From Bacteroidota bacterium (GTDB lineage Bacteria > Bacteroidota > Ignavibacteria > Ch128b), in NCBI GenBank assembly GCA_018828505.1, contig JAHJVF010000320.1:1-36699 (forward strand): a DNA stretch of 36,699 bases, written 5' to 3'. The position numbers and the translations under genes were made by a program. Positions 26,045 through 34,285 of this stretch are shown in pieces. The notes below the pieces were generated by a model. The model worked only from the letters and a program-made list of their open reading frames with translations, had not been told where the DNA came from and made no database searches. Each line of letters starts with the position of its first letter. The first letter of the stretch is position 1.

Positions 26045-27406
26045 ATGAAAATCTTTATCATAGTTTTAAAGTTTTGTCTCTGTCTTCTCTTAGTTTCAAT
26101 TAGTGTAAATTGTAATTCGGTTCCCGATGACGATTACATTAGTCCAACAATTATTTCAGGGCAAGTCAAAAATCCCGAAAACCAACCATTGGCTAATGCA
26201 AAAGTTACAATTCCTACAGCTCCGGAATATGATGGGGCATTTACAAACGATTTGGGTCTTTACTGTTTAGAAAATTTTCAACCTGGAAAACACCGTATCA
26301 AAGTTGAACTTTATGGTTATGAAATTTATGAAGCGGATGTTCCCAATCCCATTAATTGTATTGCAACAATAAATCCAGTTTTAAAAAGAAAAACTTATTC
26401 GGTTCCACCGATCAAACCTTTAAGTAAAGGTCCCGTAAGAATAAATGGAAAAAAGCTGGAAGTGGATTTTGATGGAGATGGATTTTTTGAACAATACTTC
26501 GTAAAGGGGGCCGCTTATTCTATAATGCCTATAGGCAATAAGCCGATAACATCGAAACTCGAGGATAGAAGCATCCAATATCTAAAAAATATGAGTGCTA
26601 ACACTATCCGGACCTATGGTGGCGCAAGTAAGCCAATGCTCCAAAAAATGGCGGCAAATAACATTCGTGTCATTGTCGGTTTTTGGGTAAATACAGATTA
26701 TGATCTTTCAAAGTCCACAATAAGACAAAAAGTAAAAGATGATTTTATGAAGATGGTCATTGATTTGAAAGATAGTCCCGGTGTGTTGATGTGGAATCTT
26801 GGCAACGAGCAAAATTATCAAAATGGAAATAATTCATATTGGTATTCGTTGATTCAGGAATTAGCAATCTTAGCATACAATATCGAAGGTGAGAAATATC
26901 ATCCGGTCTGTGGAAGCAATGGAAAATTCTATAACATTGGCAGTCCTTCGATGAGCGCTGATGATGCTTCGCTTACCTATATGGATCTCTGGGCATCGAA
27001 TATTTATGAATTTGATTTTAGCGGTTCGTTCGCGAGTTATCGTACCAAAACTAAAAAAACCGTCGTTCTTACCGAGTGGGGAATCGATGCTCTCGATAAT
27101 AGGGCAAAGATTGAGTACGAAGATGTGCAAGCAACTCACGATAGTTTGAATTGGACACAAATATTAAAAGCGAGTGATATTTGTGTGGGTGGAACTGTAT
27201 TTGAATTCACCGATGAGTGGTGGAAAGATAAGGATCCTTACTCGCACGACTACGGAGGATACGCAACAAGTGCTCATCCCGATGGTTACTCAAACGAAGA
27301 ATGGTGGGGAGTAATCGCAGTTACCCCAGACACAAACGGCGATGGATTAGATGAATGGAGAGCAAGAAAAGTTTACTACACTCTACAAAAATTATGGGGA
27401 AAATAA
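26045..27406 (+). CDS. CarboxypepD_reg domain fused to a clan GH-A (beta/alpha)8 glycoside hydrolase, family unassigned
   Basis: 453 aa with a signal peptide or lipobox-like VSISVNC. The CarboxypepD_reg block reads ISGQVKNPENQPLANAKVTI...GLYCLENFQPGKHRIKVELYGY. The barrel motifs, in order, are FVKGAAYS, NTIRTYGG, MWNLGNEQNY (candidate acid/base), WASNIYEF, VVLTEWGIDA (candidate nucleophile) and FEFTDEWWK. Confidence 0.65.
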   Translation: MKIFIIVLKFCLCLLLVSISVNCNSVPDDDYISPTIISGQVKNPENQPLANAKVTIPTAPEYDGAFTNDLGLYCLENFQPGKHRIKVELYGYEIYEADVPNPINCIATINPVLKRKTYSVPPIKPLSKGPVRINGKKLEVDFDGDGFFEQYFVKGAAYSIMPIGNKPITSKLEDRSIQYLKNMSANTIRTYGGASKPMLQKMAANNIRVIVGFWVNTDYDLSKSTIRQKVKDDFMKMVIDLKDSPGVLMWNLGNEQNYQNGNNSYWYSLIQELAILAYNIEGEKYHPVCGSNGKFYNIGSPSMSADDASLTYMDLWASNIYEFDFSGSFASYRTKTKKTVVLTEWGIDALDNRAKIEYEDVQATHDSLNWTQILKASDICVGGTVFEFTDEWWKDKDPYSHDYGGYATSAHPDGYSNEEWWGVIAVTPDTNGDGLDEWRARKVYYTLQKLWGK

Positions 27407-27433
27407 TTCTCATAAGTCAAAGGAGAAAATAAT

Positions 27434-28678
27434 ATGATGCTAATAATTTCACGTCAGCACGAACTTACTTTCTTTTTTTTACTTTTTCATTTGCTTCTTT
27501 TTTTCGCTAATCAGGTTTCGTCCCAAGGTAATGGTTTTGTTTATACTAAAGGTCGAGGAATATATTCTTCAAATGGGGAAAAAATTCTACTGAAAGGAAT
27601 AAATTTAGGAAATTGGCTTCTCCCGGAAGGGTATATGTTTAAATTTAAAAATGCTAACTCCCCCCGGCTTATTGAAAAAGTTTTTAACGAGTTAATTGGA
27701 CCTGAGGAAACAAAAGCATTTTTCAAAACTTTCAGAGATAATTACATCACAAAGGAAGACATTGAATTTATAAAAAAAGCCGGGTTTAATTCAATCCGAG
27801 TTCCTTTTAACTCTCGTTTATTCGCTGAGGAAAGTTTTCCCGATTATTTTATACCAACAGGTTTTGAAATGTTAGATAGAGTAATTTCGTGGTGTGAGGA
27901 ATTTGGAATTTACGTTATACTGGATATGCATGGGGCTCCTTGCGGACAAACCGGCGACAACATCGACGACAGCTGGGGATATCCATTCCTTTTTGAAAGT
28001 CCAGAATGTCAAAAGCTTACTATTAACATTTGGGGAAAAATAGCAGAACGATATAAAGAAAAAAACATTGTTGCCGGCTATGATTTGCTGAATGAGCCAA
28101 TCGCTCACTACTTCGATGCTTCAAAATTAAATCCTCTTCTTGAACCTCTGTATAAGAAAATCGTTAAGACGATTCGGGAGGTTGATTCAAATCATATTAT
28201 ATTCTTAGGGGGTGCGCAATGGAATACAAACTTCAGTGTATTTGGTCCCCCGTTTGATTCGAATTTAGTTTACACATTCCATAAATATTGGTGTGATACC
28301 ACTCAAGAGGTTATTCAAGAGTATATTGATTTCAGAGAAAAATATAATGTGCCAATTTGGATGGGTGAATCAGGTGAAAACACAAATGAATGGATTAATT
28401 CCTTTAGGCAATTATTAGGAAGGAATAAAATCGGCTGGTGTTTTTGGCCATACAAAAAATTAGATGCTGCAAGTTGTGTAGCTTCGATCAATAAAACTTC
28501 GGAATTCGATTCAATTATAGTATACGCCGATAAACCTCGAACTACTTTTCAAGAAATAAGAGGAGCACGTACATCGGAAGAGATAATTAAAAAAGCACTA
28601 CATGATTATCTCGAAAATATGAAATTCCGTAATTGCGTGATCAATAAAGAATATTTAAAATCATTGGGATTGGAATAA
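27434..28678 (+). CDS. GH5 beta-glucanase (catalytic domain only)
   Basis: 414 aa with AAGGAGA upstream of ATG 27434. The motifs are collinear with the GH5 at 15802..17799: GINLGNWLLPEGYM, FNSIRVPF, VILDMHGAPCGQ, YDLLNEP, FHKYW, IWMGESGENTNEW and WCFWPYKK. Confidence 0.85.
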   Translation: MMLIISRQHELTFFFLLFHLLLFFANQVSSQGNGFVYTKGRGIYSSNGEKILLKGINLGNWLLPEGYMFKFKNANSPRLIEKVFNELIGPEETKAFFKTFRDNYITKEDIEFIKKAGFNSIRVPFNSRLFAEESFPDYFIPTGFEMLDRVISWCEEFGIYVILDMHGAPCGQTGDNIDDSWGYPFLFESPECQKLTINIWGKIAERYKEKNIVAGYDLLNEPIAHYFDASKLNPLLEPLYKKIVKTIREVDSNHIIFLGGAQWNTNFSVFGPPFDSNLVYTFHKYWCDTTQEVIQEYIDFREKYNVPIWMGESGENTNEWINSFRQLLGRNKIGWCFWPYKKLDAASCVASINKTSEFDSIIVYADKPRTTFQEIRGARTSEEIIKKALHDYLENMKFRNCVINKEYLKSLGLE

Positions 28679-28683
28679 ATCAT

Positions 28684-31269
28684 ATGAAATCTCTTGTCTT
28701 AAAAATCAAAAAATCTTTTTCCAATTTTACTGGAGCAAAAATTCCCCCCATTATTCTTCTGTTTGCCAGTTTAACCGTTTCATCTTTCCAATCGGCAAAC
28801 TCTATGAATGCTAAAATGAATAATTTAATTTCTCAAGATTTTGTCAGTGATGAAAAAACTATTTCGATTGACGAGCGGATTGAGAAACTAATTAAACAAT
28901 TGACGCTGAATGAGAAATTAGAATTATTGGGCGGTACAGGTTTTGCGACAAAACCAATTGCTCGATTAGGAATTCCGGAACTTAAAATGGCAGATGGCCC
29001 GCTTGGTGTCCGTTGGGGAAGCGCTACCGCGTTCCCATCCGGAATTGCATTAGCAGCGACCTGGAACCCACCACTTGTTCACGAAGTTGGCGCAGCTATC
29101 GGAAGAGAAGTTAAAGGAAAAGGAAGACATATTTTGCTTGCTCCTTGTGTGAATATTGCACGAATTCCTCAAGGGGGAAGAAATTTTGAAAGCTTCGGTG
29201 AAGATCCTTATTTAACTTCTCGTATGACGGTTGAGTATATCAAAGGGGTACAAAGTGAGAATGTGGCAGCTACAGTGAAGCACTTTGCAGTTAACAATCA
29301 AGAATATCAGAGATTATTTGTTGACGTAAAAGTAAGCGAGCGGGCTTTAAACGAAATTTACCTTCCATCATTCAAAGCTGCAGTGGAGGAGGCGGATGTT
29401 CTTGCTGTTATGTCGGCGTACAACAAAGTAAATGGAAGTTATTGCAGCGAAAATAATTTTCTTCTAAATGAAACACTGAAACAGAAATGGGGATTTAAGG
29501 GATTAGTTATGTCCGACTGGGGTGCGGTTCACTCAACAATCCCGACAGCAATTAACGGACTCGATCTCGAAATGCCGTTTGGACAATATCTTAATCCAAG
29601 AACTTTAAACTCCGCTTTCGATAATGGTGAACTTACTGAGGAAATCATCAATGATAAAATAAGAAGACTTCTTTTTGTGATGAACAAAATTGGATTGCTA
29701 GACAATAATCCAGAGCCAGATGAATCGCTAATCAATAGCAAATTAAATCGAGACATTGCATACCGATCGGCACTTGAATCAATTGTTCTGTTAAAAAATC
29801 AAAACAATATTTTACCCTTAGATCAAAACAAGATAAAATCAATTGCAGTTATTGGACCAAATGCGGCAATTGCCCGAACTGGTGGAGGGGGAAGTTCTAT
29901 GGTTAATTCAATTGATCCTGTAAGTCCGCTCGACGGTTTAAAAAACAGATTAAACTCTCATATCAAAATCAACTTTACTGAAGGCGTCCTGCTCGAGGGA
30001 GATGAAGCTCCAATTGATTCAAAATATTTTTTCATTGATGAAAAACTTGAAAAACCAGGTCTAACTGGCGAATACTTTAATAATATAAATCTTGAGGGCG
30101 CTCCAAAACTAAAAAAGGTTGATACAAATATTAATTTTAAATGGTGGAACGAAAAGCCTGACCCAGAACTCGAGAACGATAACTTTTCCGTACGATGGAC
30201 AGGATATATTAAAGCCCCCAAAACCGGTGAATATACTTTTACGGTATCAAGTGATGATGGAACGCGATTATATTTAGATGATAGACTAATGGTTGATGAT
30301 TGGAATGATCACGCAGTTGAAGCAAGATCTTGTAGAGTAACATTAAATGCAAACGAACCTACTAAAATAGTCTTAGAGTATTATGAACACGGAGGAGATG
30401 CTGTTGCCATCCTAAGCTGGAAAATTCCAGAAGAGGATAGTTGGAAGAACGCTATTGATGCAGCTAAACATTCCGATGTTGCTTTAATTTTTGCCGGCAC
30501 ATCATTTAATTATGAGACAGAAGGAAGAGATAGAGAAGATCTTAATCTACCTAATCTGCAGGCTGAATTGATAAATGAAATATCTGAAGTAAATAATAGC
30601 GTTGTCGTAATATTAATAACCGGTTCCCCCGTTCTAATGAATAATTGGGTCGATAAAACAAAAGGATTAGTTGCAGCTTGGTTCGGAGGAATTGAGATGG
30701 GTAATGCCATTGCTGATGTTATTCTTGGAAACTATAATCCTTCGGGTAAACTGCCGATTACCTTTCCAAAAAGATGGGAAGATTGTTCAGCGTATTCAAG
30801 CTATAAAACTCTTGATAGTGTTACTTATTACACCGATGACATTTTTGTTGGTTACAGGCACTTTGATAAGAACAATATTGAACCGATGTTTCCCTTTGGA
30901 TTTGGCTTAAGCTATACAAATTTCAAATATGAAAACTTAAATGTCGCTGTAACAGATTCTTCAAATGTTATCGAAGTAGAATTCTCGCTAAGAAACGTTG
31001 GAGATAGAGAAGGTACCGAAGTGCCTCAGTTGTACACAAGTCCATTGAATCCAAAAATTGATCGAGCAAAAAAAGAATTGAAATGTTTTGATAAAATTTT
31101 CTTAAAATCAGGTGAAGAGACTAAAGTCAAAATGAAATTAGATAAAGAAGATTTCGCATATTATGACGAGACTTTAAGATATTGGAAAGTTGATGCTGTA
31201 ATGTACGAAATTTTAGTCGGTAGTTCTTCAAGGGGCATATTATTGGAAAAGACAATCACGTTAAATTAA
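28684..31269 (+). CDS. GH3 beta-glucosidase with PA14 insertion and C-terminal Fn3-like domain
   Basis: 861 aa. GH3 motifs are LNEKLELLGG, KHFAVNNQE and the nucleophile context GLVMSDWGAV. The PA14 block reads GLTGEYFNN...FSVRWTGYIKAPKTGEYTFTVSSDDGTRLYLDDRLMVDDW. The C-terminal part reads FGFGLSYTNFKYE...VPQLYTS. The start is 5 nt after the GH5 stop. Confidence 0.92.
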   Translation: MKSLVLKIKKSFSNFTGAKIPPIILLFASLTVSSFQSANSMNAKMNNLISQDFVSDEKTISIDERIEKLIKQLTLNEKLELLGGTGFATKPIARLGIPELKMADGPLGVRWGSATAFPSGIALAATWNPPLVHEVGAAIGREVKGKGRHILLAPCVNIARIPQGGRNFESFGEDPYLTSRMTVEYIKGVQSENVAATVKHFAVNNQEYQRLFVDVKVSERALNEIYLPSFKAAVEEADVLAVMSAYNKVNGSYCSENNFLLNETLKQKWGFKGLVMSDWGAVHSTIPTAINGLDLEMPFGQYLNPRTLNSAFDNGELTEEIINDKIRRLLFVMNKIGLLDNNPEPDESLINSKLNRDIAYRSALESIVLLKNQNNILPLDQNKIKSIAVIGPNAAIARTGGGGSSMVNSIDPVSPLDGLKNRLNSHIKINFTEGVLLEGDEAPIDSKYFFIDEKLEKPGLTGEYFNNINLEGAPKLKKVDTNINFKWWNEKPDPELENDNFSVRWTGYIKAPKTGEYTFTVSSDDGTRLYLDDRLMVDDWNDHAVEARSCRVTLNANEPTKIVLEYYEHGGDAVAILSWKIPEEDSWKNAIDAAKHSDVALIFAGTSFNYETEGRDREDLNLPNLQAELINEISEVNNSVVVILITGSPVLMNNWVDKTKGLVAAWFGGIEMGNAIADVILGNYNPSGKLPITFPKRWEDCSAYSSYKTLDSVTYYTDDIFVGYRHFDKNNIEPMFPFGFGLSYTNFKYENLNVAVTDSSNVIEVEFSLRNVGDREGTEVPQLYTSPLNPKIDRAKKELKCFDKIFLKSGEETKVKMKLDKEDFAYYDETLRYWKVDAVMYEILVGSSSRGILLEKTITLN

Positions 31270-31308
31270 AAGAACAAATTCAAATTGTTATATAAAAAAA
31301 ATTCAGCA

Positions 31309-34275
31309 ATGGGAAAAAAAATAATAGTTGGAATTATATCTATTCTATATGTTGCTTTTGATCTCGGATTCGCCCAAAACTTTTCGGGAGGATTTAATTT
31401 TTACCTTCCGCCTGACGATACCTCTTCAAAAAAATTTTTGCCCTCATTTCCAATAAAGCCAATCGGCGATCAAGATTTCGTGAACATCGATTCTGATGGG
31501 AACTTTTCTGTTCAGGGAAATAAGATTAGATTTTGGGGAACAAATCTTGTTGCAGATGGCGCATTTCCAACCAAATCAAAAGCTTCATTCATTGCAGGCA
31601 GATTAAGAAAGTATGGATTCAACTTAGTTCGTTTTCATCATATGGATAACCCCTGGAGCCGAGAAAGCATATTCGAATGGGGATCGGATACACGCCATTT
31701 GAATCCTCTTACGCTCGATCGTTTTGAAAATATTGTAAATGAATTGAAGAAGAATGGTATTTACGTTAACATTAATCTCCACGTATCTCGAACATTCAAA
31801 GTCCAGGATGGTGTTGAAAATGCTGATTCAATCGTTGAGTTTGGTAAAGGAGTTACGCTATTCGATCCGCAGTTAATCGCTTTGCAGAAAGATCTTGCTC
31901 AACAATTACTTACTCACGTCAACCCATACACAGGAAAATCCTTAGTTAACGATCCGGTGATGGCAATGGTAGAAATCGTAAATGAAAACTCTCTTTATAG
32001 AATTTGGCGGGACGGAAAATTAAAATCTCGTTCGGATGGCGGTTGGTTAATTTTCCGACACGTTAGGATGCTTGATAGTTTGTGGAATGAATTTCTTTTC
32101 GCTAAATATTCAACCACGGCAAACTTAGCTGCAAGCTGGAATCGCGGATTGATTTCTCCTGGATCTGATAATCAGATTATTAACGGAGATTTCGAGAACC
32201 AGAACATTTCTGCTAATTGGATAATGGAACAACACGGAGGGGCTTCAGCAGTATTTTCCCGCGATACAGTTAATCCCTATTCTGGATCAACATCTGTAAA
32301 AATTAATGTTGTAAACACAACCGGAACTTCTTGGCATATACAATTTAAACAAATCAGGTTGACCACAAAAAAAGATTCACTTTACACAATTCAATTTTCG
32401 GCAAGAGCCGACAGTTCGAAACAGATTCAAGTCAATGTAATGCGGGACAATAGTCCATATACATATTATACCGGGAAAAGCTTTTTGCTTTCAACAAACT
32501 GGAGAACCTATTCATTTAGCTTCAAAGCAAGTGAAACAAATGTTGGACAAGTCAGGCTTGCATTTCAATTTGAAAACAACAAAGGCAATTTTTGGTTTGA
32601 CGAAATTACAATGGCAAGATCCGGTGTGAAAGGGTTATTGAGCGGAGAGTCTTTAGAAGCAAAGAACGTTAAAAGAATTGATTTCTCCGAGTGTGCCGAA
32701 TTTTCAGATAATCGAGTAATTGATATTTCCGATTTTTATATCAAACTTCAGAATGATTTTTTTGATACAATGAAGAGTTATCTAAAAAATACTCTTGGTG
32801 TTCGTGTCCCGATTACAGGTACAAATTGGAATGTAGGTCCGGCTGATTTAGCAGTTCAATCAAAGCTCGGTTATATTGATAATCACGCTTATTGGGATCA
32901 TCCTTGGTTTCCATCCGTTCCCTGGTCGTCAACCGATTGGTTCATCAACAATCAACCAATGGTAAAATCTACTGATGCCGGGACAATTCCAAGTCTTTAT
33001 GCAGGCGTACCGTTCGAAAGAAAGCCATTCACAATCAGTGAGTATAACCACGCTTATCCAAACAGATATCAAAGCGAATCGATTCTTTTCTCTACTGCAT
33101 ATTTATCTCTCCACAATGCTGACGGGATAATGTTCTTTGACTACAACAATTCAACAAATGATTGGGAAACTGATAAAATAAATAACTTTTTTAGTATTCA
33201 TCGAAATTCTGTGTATATGGCACAAATGCCTTCCTCTGCTTTTGCTTATCGAAATAATCTTATTAAAAAAGCAAATCAGACTATTCTCCTCAAATATTCC
33301 AGTTCATTTTTAAATTTACTCCCCAAGATCGATGGAGGCGGTTGGACAGGTGTAAATCTATTTCCAAAATTGTTAGGATTGAAACATTCAATAAGAAATC
33401 AATCCTTTGATTCCGATTCAACAACTGATTTCTCTCAGTTACCTCAACCAGGAAATAATCCATACAAGTCAGACACTGAAGAAATTACCTATAACACTAA
33501 TGGTTTACTTTATGTTGGCACTTCAAAATTCGTTGGACTCTCAGGTTATTTAAATAATTTTGTAAATACAGTTGTTGGAAATTTAACATTAAAGGCTGCA
33601 ACCGGATTTGGAACATTGAACTGGCTTTCACTTTCAGATGATTCATTATCAGTTTCAAAACATTCATTAGTTACAATTACTTCAATGATACAGAACACTG
33701 GGATGCTTTGGGATGGCACAACAACAGTACACAACAATTGGGGAAGTGCACCAACAACAATTTATCCGTTAACGATATTCTGCCGAATGAATATATATGC
33801 CGATTCAATCAGGGTTTATCCGCTCGACACGAGAGGCGATTTTGACCCCGCAAATTATCAGACATATTTTCCCACAACTTCAAATTTATTCGATGTAGCA
33901 TTTGTTCAATCGACTGCAAGGGCCCTTTGGTTTGGGATCGAGAAATTCGGTCACGGATCATTAACTTCAGTTGAAAATTCTGAAAGAGAAGGATTGCTTG
34001 AATTCAGATTGAAGCAGAATTATCCTAATCCATTTAATAACTCGACAATGTTTAATTATACAGTTCCATTCCTTTCGCAAATTAAATTGGAAGTGTTTAA
34101 TGTTCTTGGTCAGAAAATAAGAACTTTAATCACCGACAAAATCGCTTCAGGAAAATATTCTATAAGTTGGGATGCAACAAACGACAGCGGAGAGCAGGTT
34201 AATTCCGGTATTTATTTTGTAACTCTCTCATCGGATAAATATTTTAATTCAAAAAAAGTAATATTTTTAAAATGA
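31309..34275 (+). CDS. Large clan GH-A glycoside hydrolase with CBM4_9-like module inserted in the barrel, plus T9SS CTD
   Basis: I prefer ATG 31309 (MGKKIIVGIISILYVAFDLGFAQ) over the track's TTG 31285. Barrel motifs are FWGTNLV, GFNLVRFHHMDN and EIVNENS (candidate acid/base). The CBM4_9-like module is at aa ~297-445 (IINGDFENQ...GSTSVKINV...WHIQFKQ...FWFDEITM). The barrel then continues with IDNHAYW and FTISEYNHAYPN (candidate nucleophile). The tail reads LKQNYPNPFNNSTMF...GIYFVTL. Confidence 0.72.
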   Translation: MGKKIIVGIISILYVAFDLGFAQNFSGGFNFYLPPDDTSSKKFLPSFPIKPIGDQDFVNIDSDGNFSVQGNKIRFWGTNLVADGAFPTKSKASFIAGRLRKYGFNLVRFHHMDNPWSRESIFEWGSDTRHLNPLTLDRFENIVNELKKNGIYVNINLHVSRTFKVQDGVENADSIVEFGKGVTLFDPQLIALQKDLAQQLLTHVNPYTGKSLVNDPVMAMVEIVNENSLYRIWRDGKLKSRSDGGWLIFRHVRMLDSLWNEFLFAKYSTTANLAASWNRGLISPGSDNQIINGDFENQNISANWIMEQHGGASAVFSRDTVNPYSGSTSVKINVVNTTGTSWHIQFKQIRLTTKKDSLYTIQFSARADSSKQIQVNVMRDNSPYTYYTGKSFLLSTNWRTYSFSFKASETNVGQVRLAFQFENNKGNFWFDEITMARSGVKGLLSGESLEAKNVKRIDFSECAEFSDNRVIDISDFYIKLQNDFFDTMKSYLKNTLGVRVPITGTNWNVGPADLAVQSKLGYIDNHAYWDHPWFPSVPWSSTDWFINNQPMVKSTDAGTIPSLYAGVPFERKPFTISEYNHAYPNRYQSESILFSTAYLSLHNADGIMFFDYNNSTNDWETDKINNFFSIHRNSVYMAQMPSSAFAYRNNLIKKANQTILLKYSSSFLNLLPKIDGGGWTGVNLFPKLLGLKHSIRNQSFDSDSTTDFSQLPQPGNNPYKSDTEEITYNTNGLLYVGTSKFVGLSGYLNNFVNTVVGNLTLKAATGFGTLNWLSLSDDSLSVSKHSLVTITSMIQNTGMLWDGTTTVHNNWGSAPTTIYPLTIFCRMNIYADSIRVYPLDTRGDFDPANYQTYFPTTSNLFDVAFVQSTARALWFGIEKFGHGSLTSVENSEREGLLEFRLKQNYPNPFNNSTMFNYTVPFLSQIKLEVFNVLGQKIRTLITDKIASGKYSISWDATNDSGEQVNSGIYFVTLSSDKYFNSKKVIFLK

Positions 34276-34285
34276 ACATTAGTTT

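Noticed and set aside
27473-27504. T8 and T7 homopolymer runs in the signal-peptide coding region of the GH5 at 27434, considered as phase-variation tracts
   Set aside because: Runs of this length are expected in this AT-rich sequence when encoding Phe/Leu-rich signal peptides. They are too short to argue for programmed slippage.
1356-30910. All other short (60-112 aa) ORFs in the track that are nested in or antisense to the large genes, e.g. 1356-1550, 2558-2788, 3837-4079, 5255-5437, 8824-9193, 9265-9465, 9730-10029, 11332-11670, 12174-12362, 13219-13554, 13764-14151, 14602-14877, 16662-17057, 19976-20385, 21203-21440, 21830-22072, 23009-23221, 24296-24535, 25125-25334, 26870-27160, 27541-27726, 27872-28108, 29529-30221, 30510-30910, 33546-33737 and 36050-36238
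   Set aside because: Each is fully overlapped by a long ORF with strong family motifs. They are low-complexity products typical of AT-rich DNA, and none has recognisable domains.
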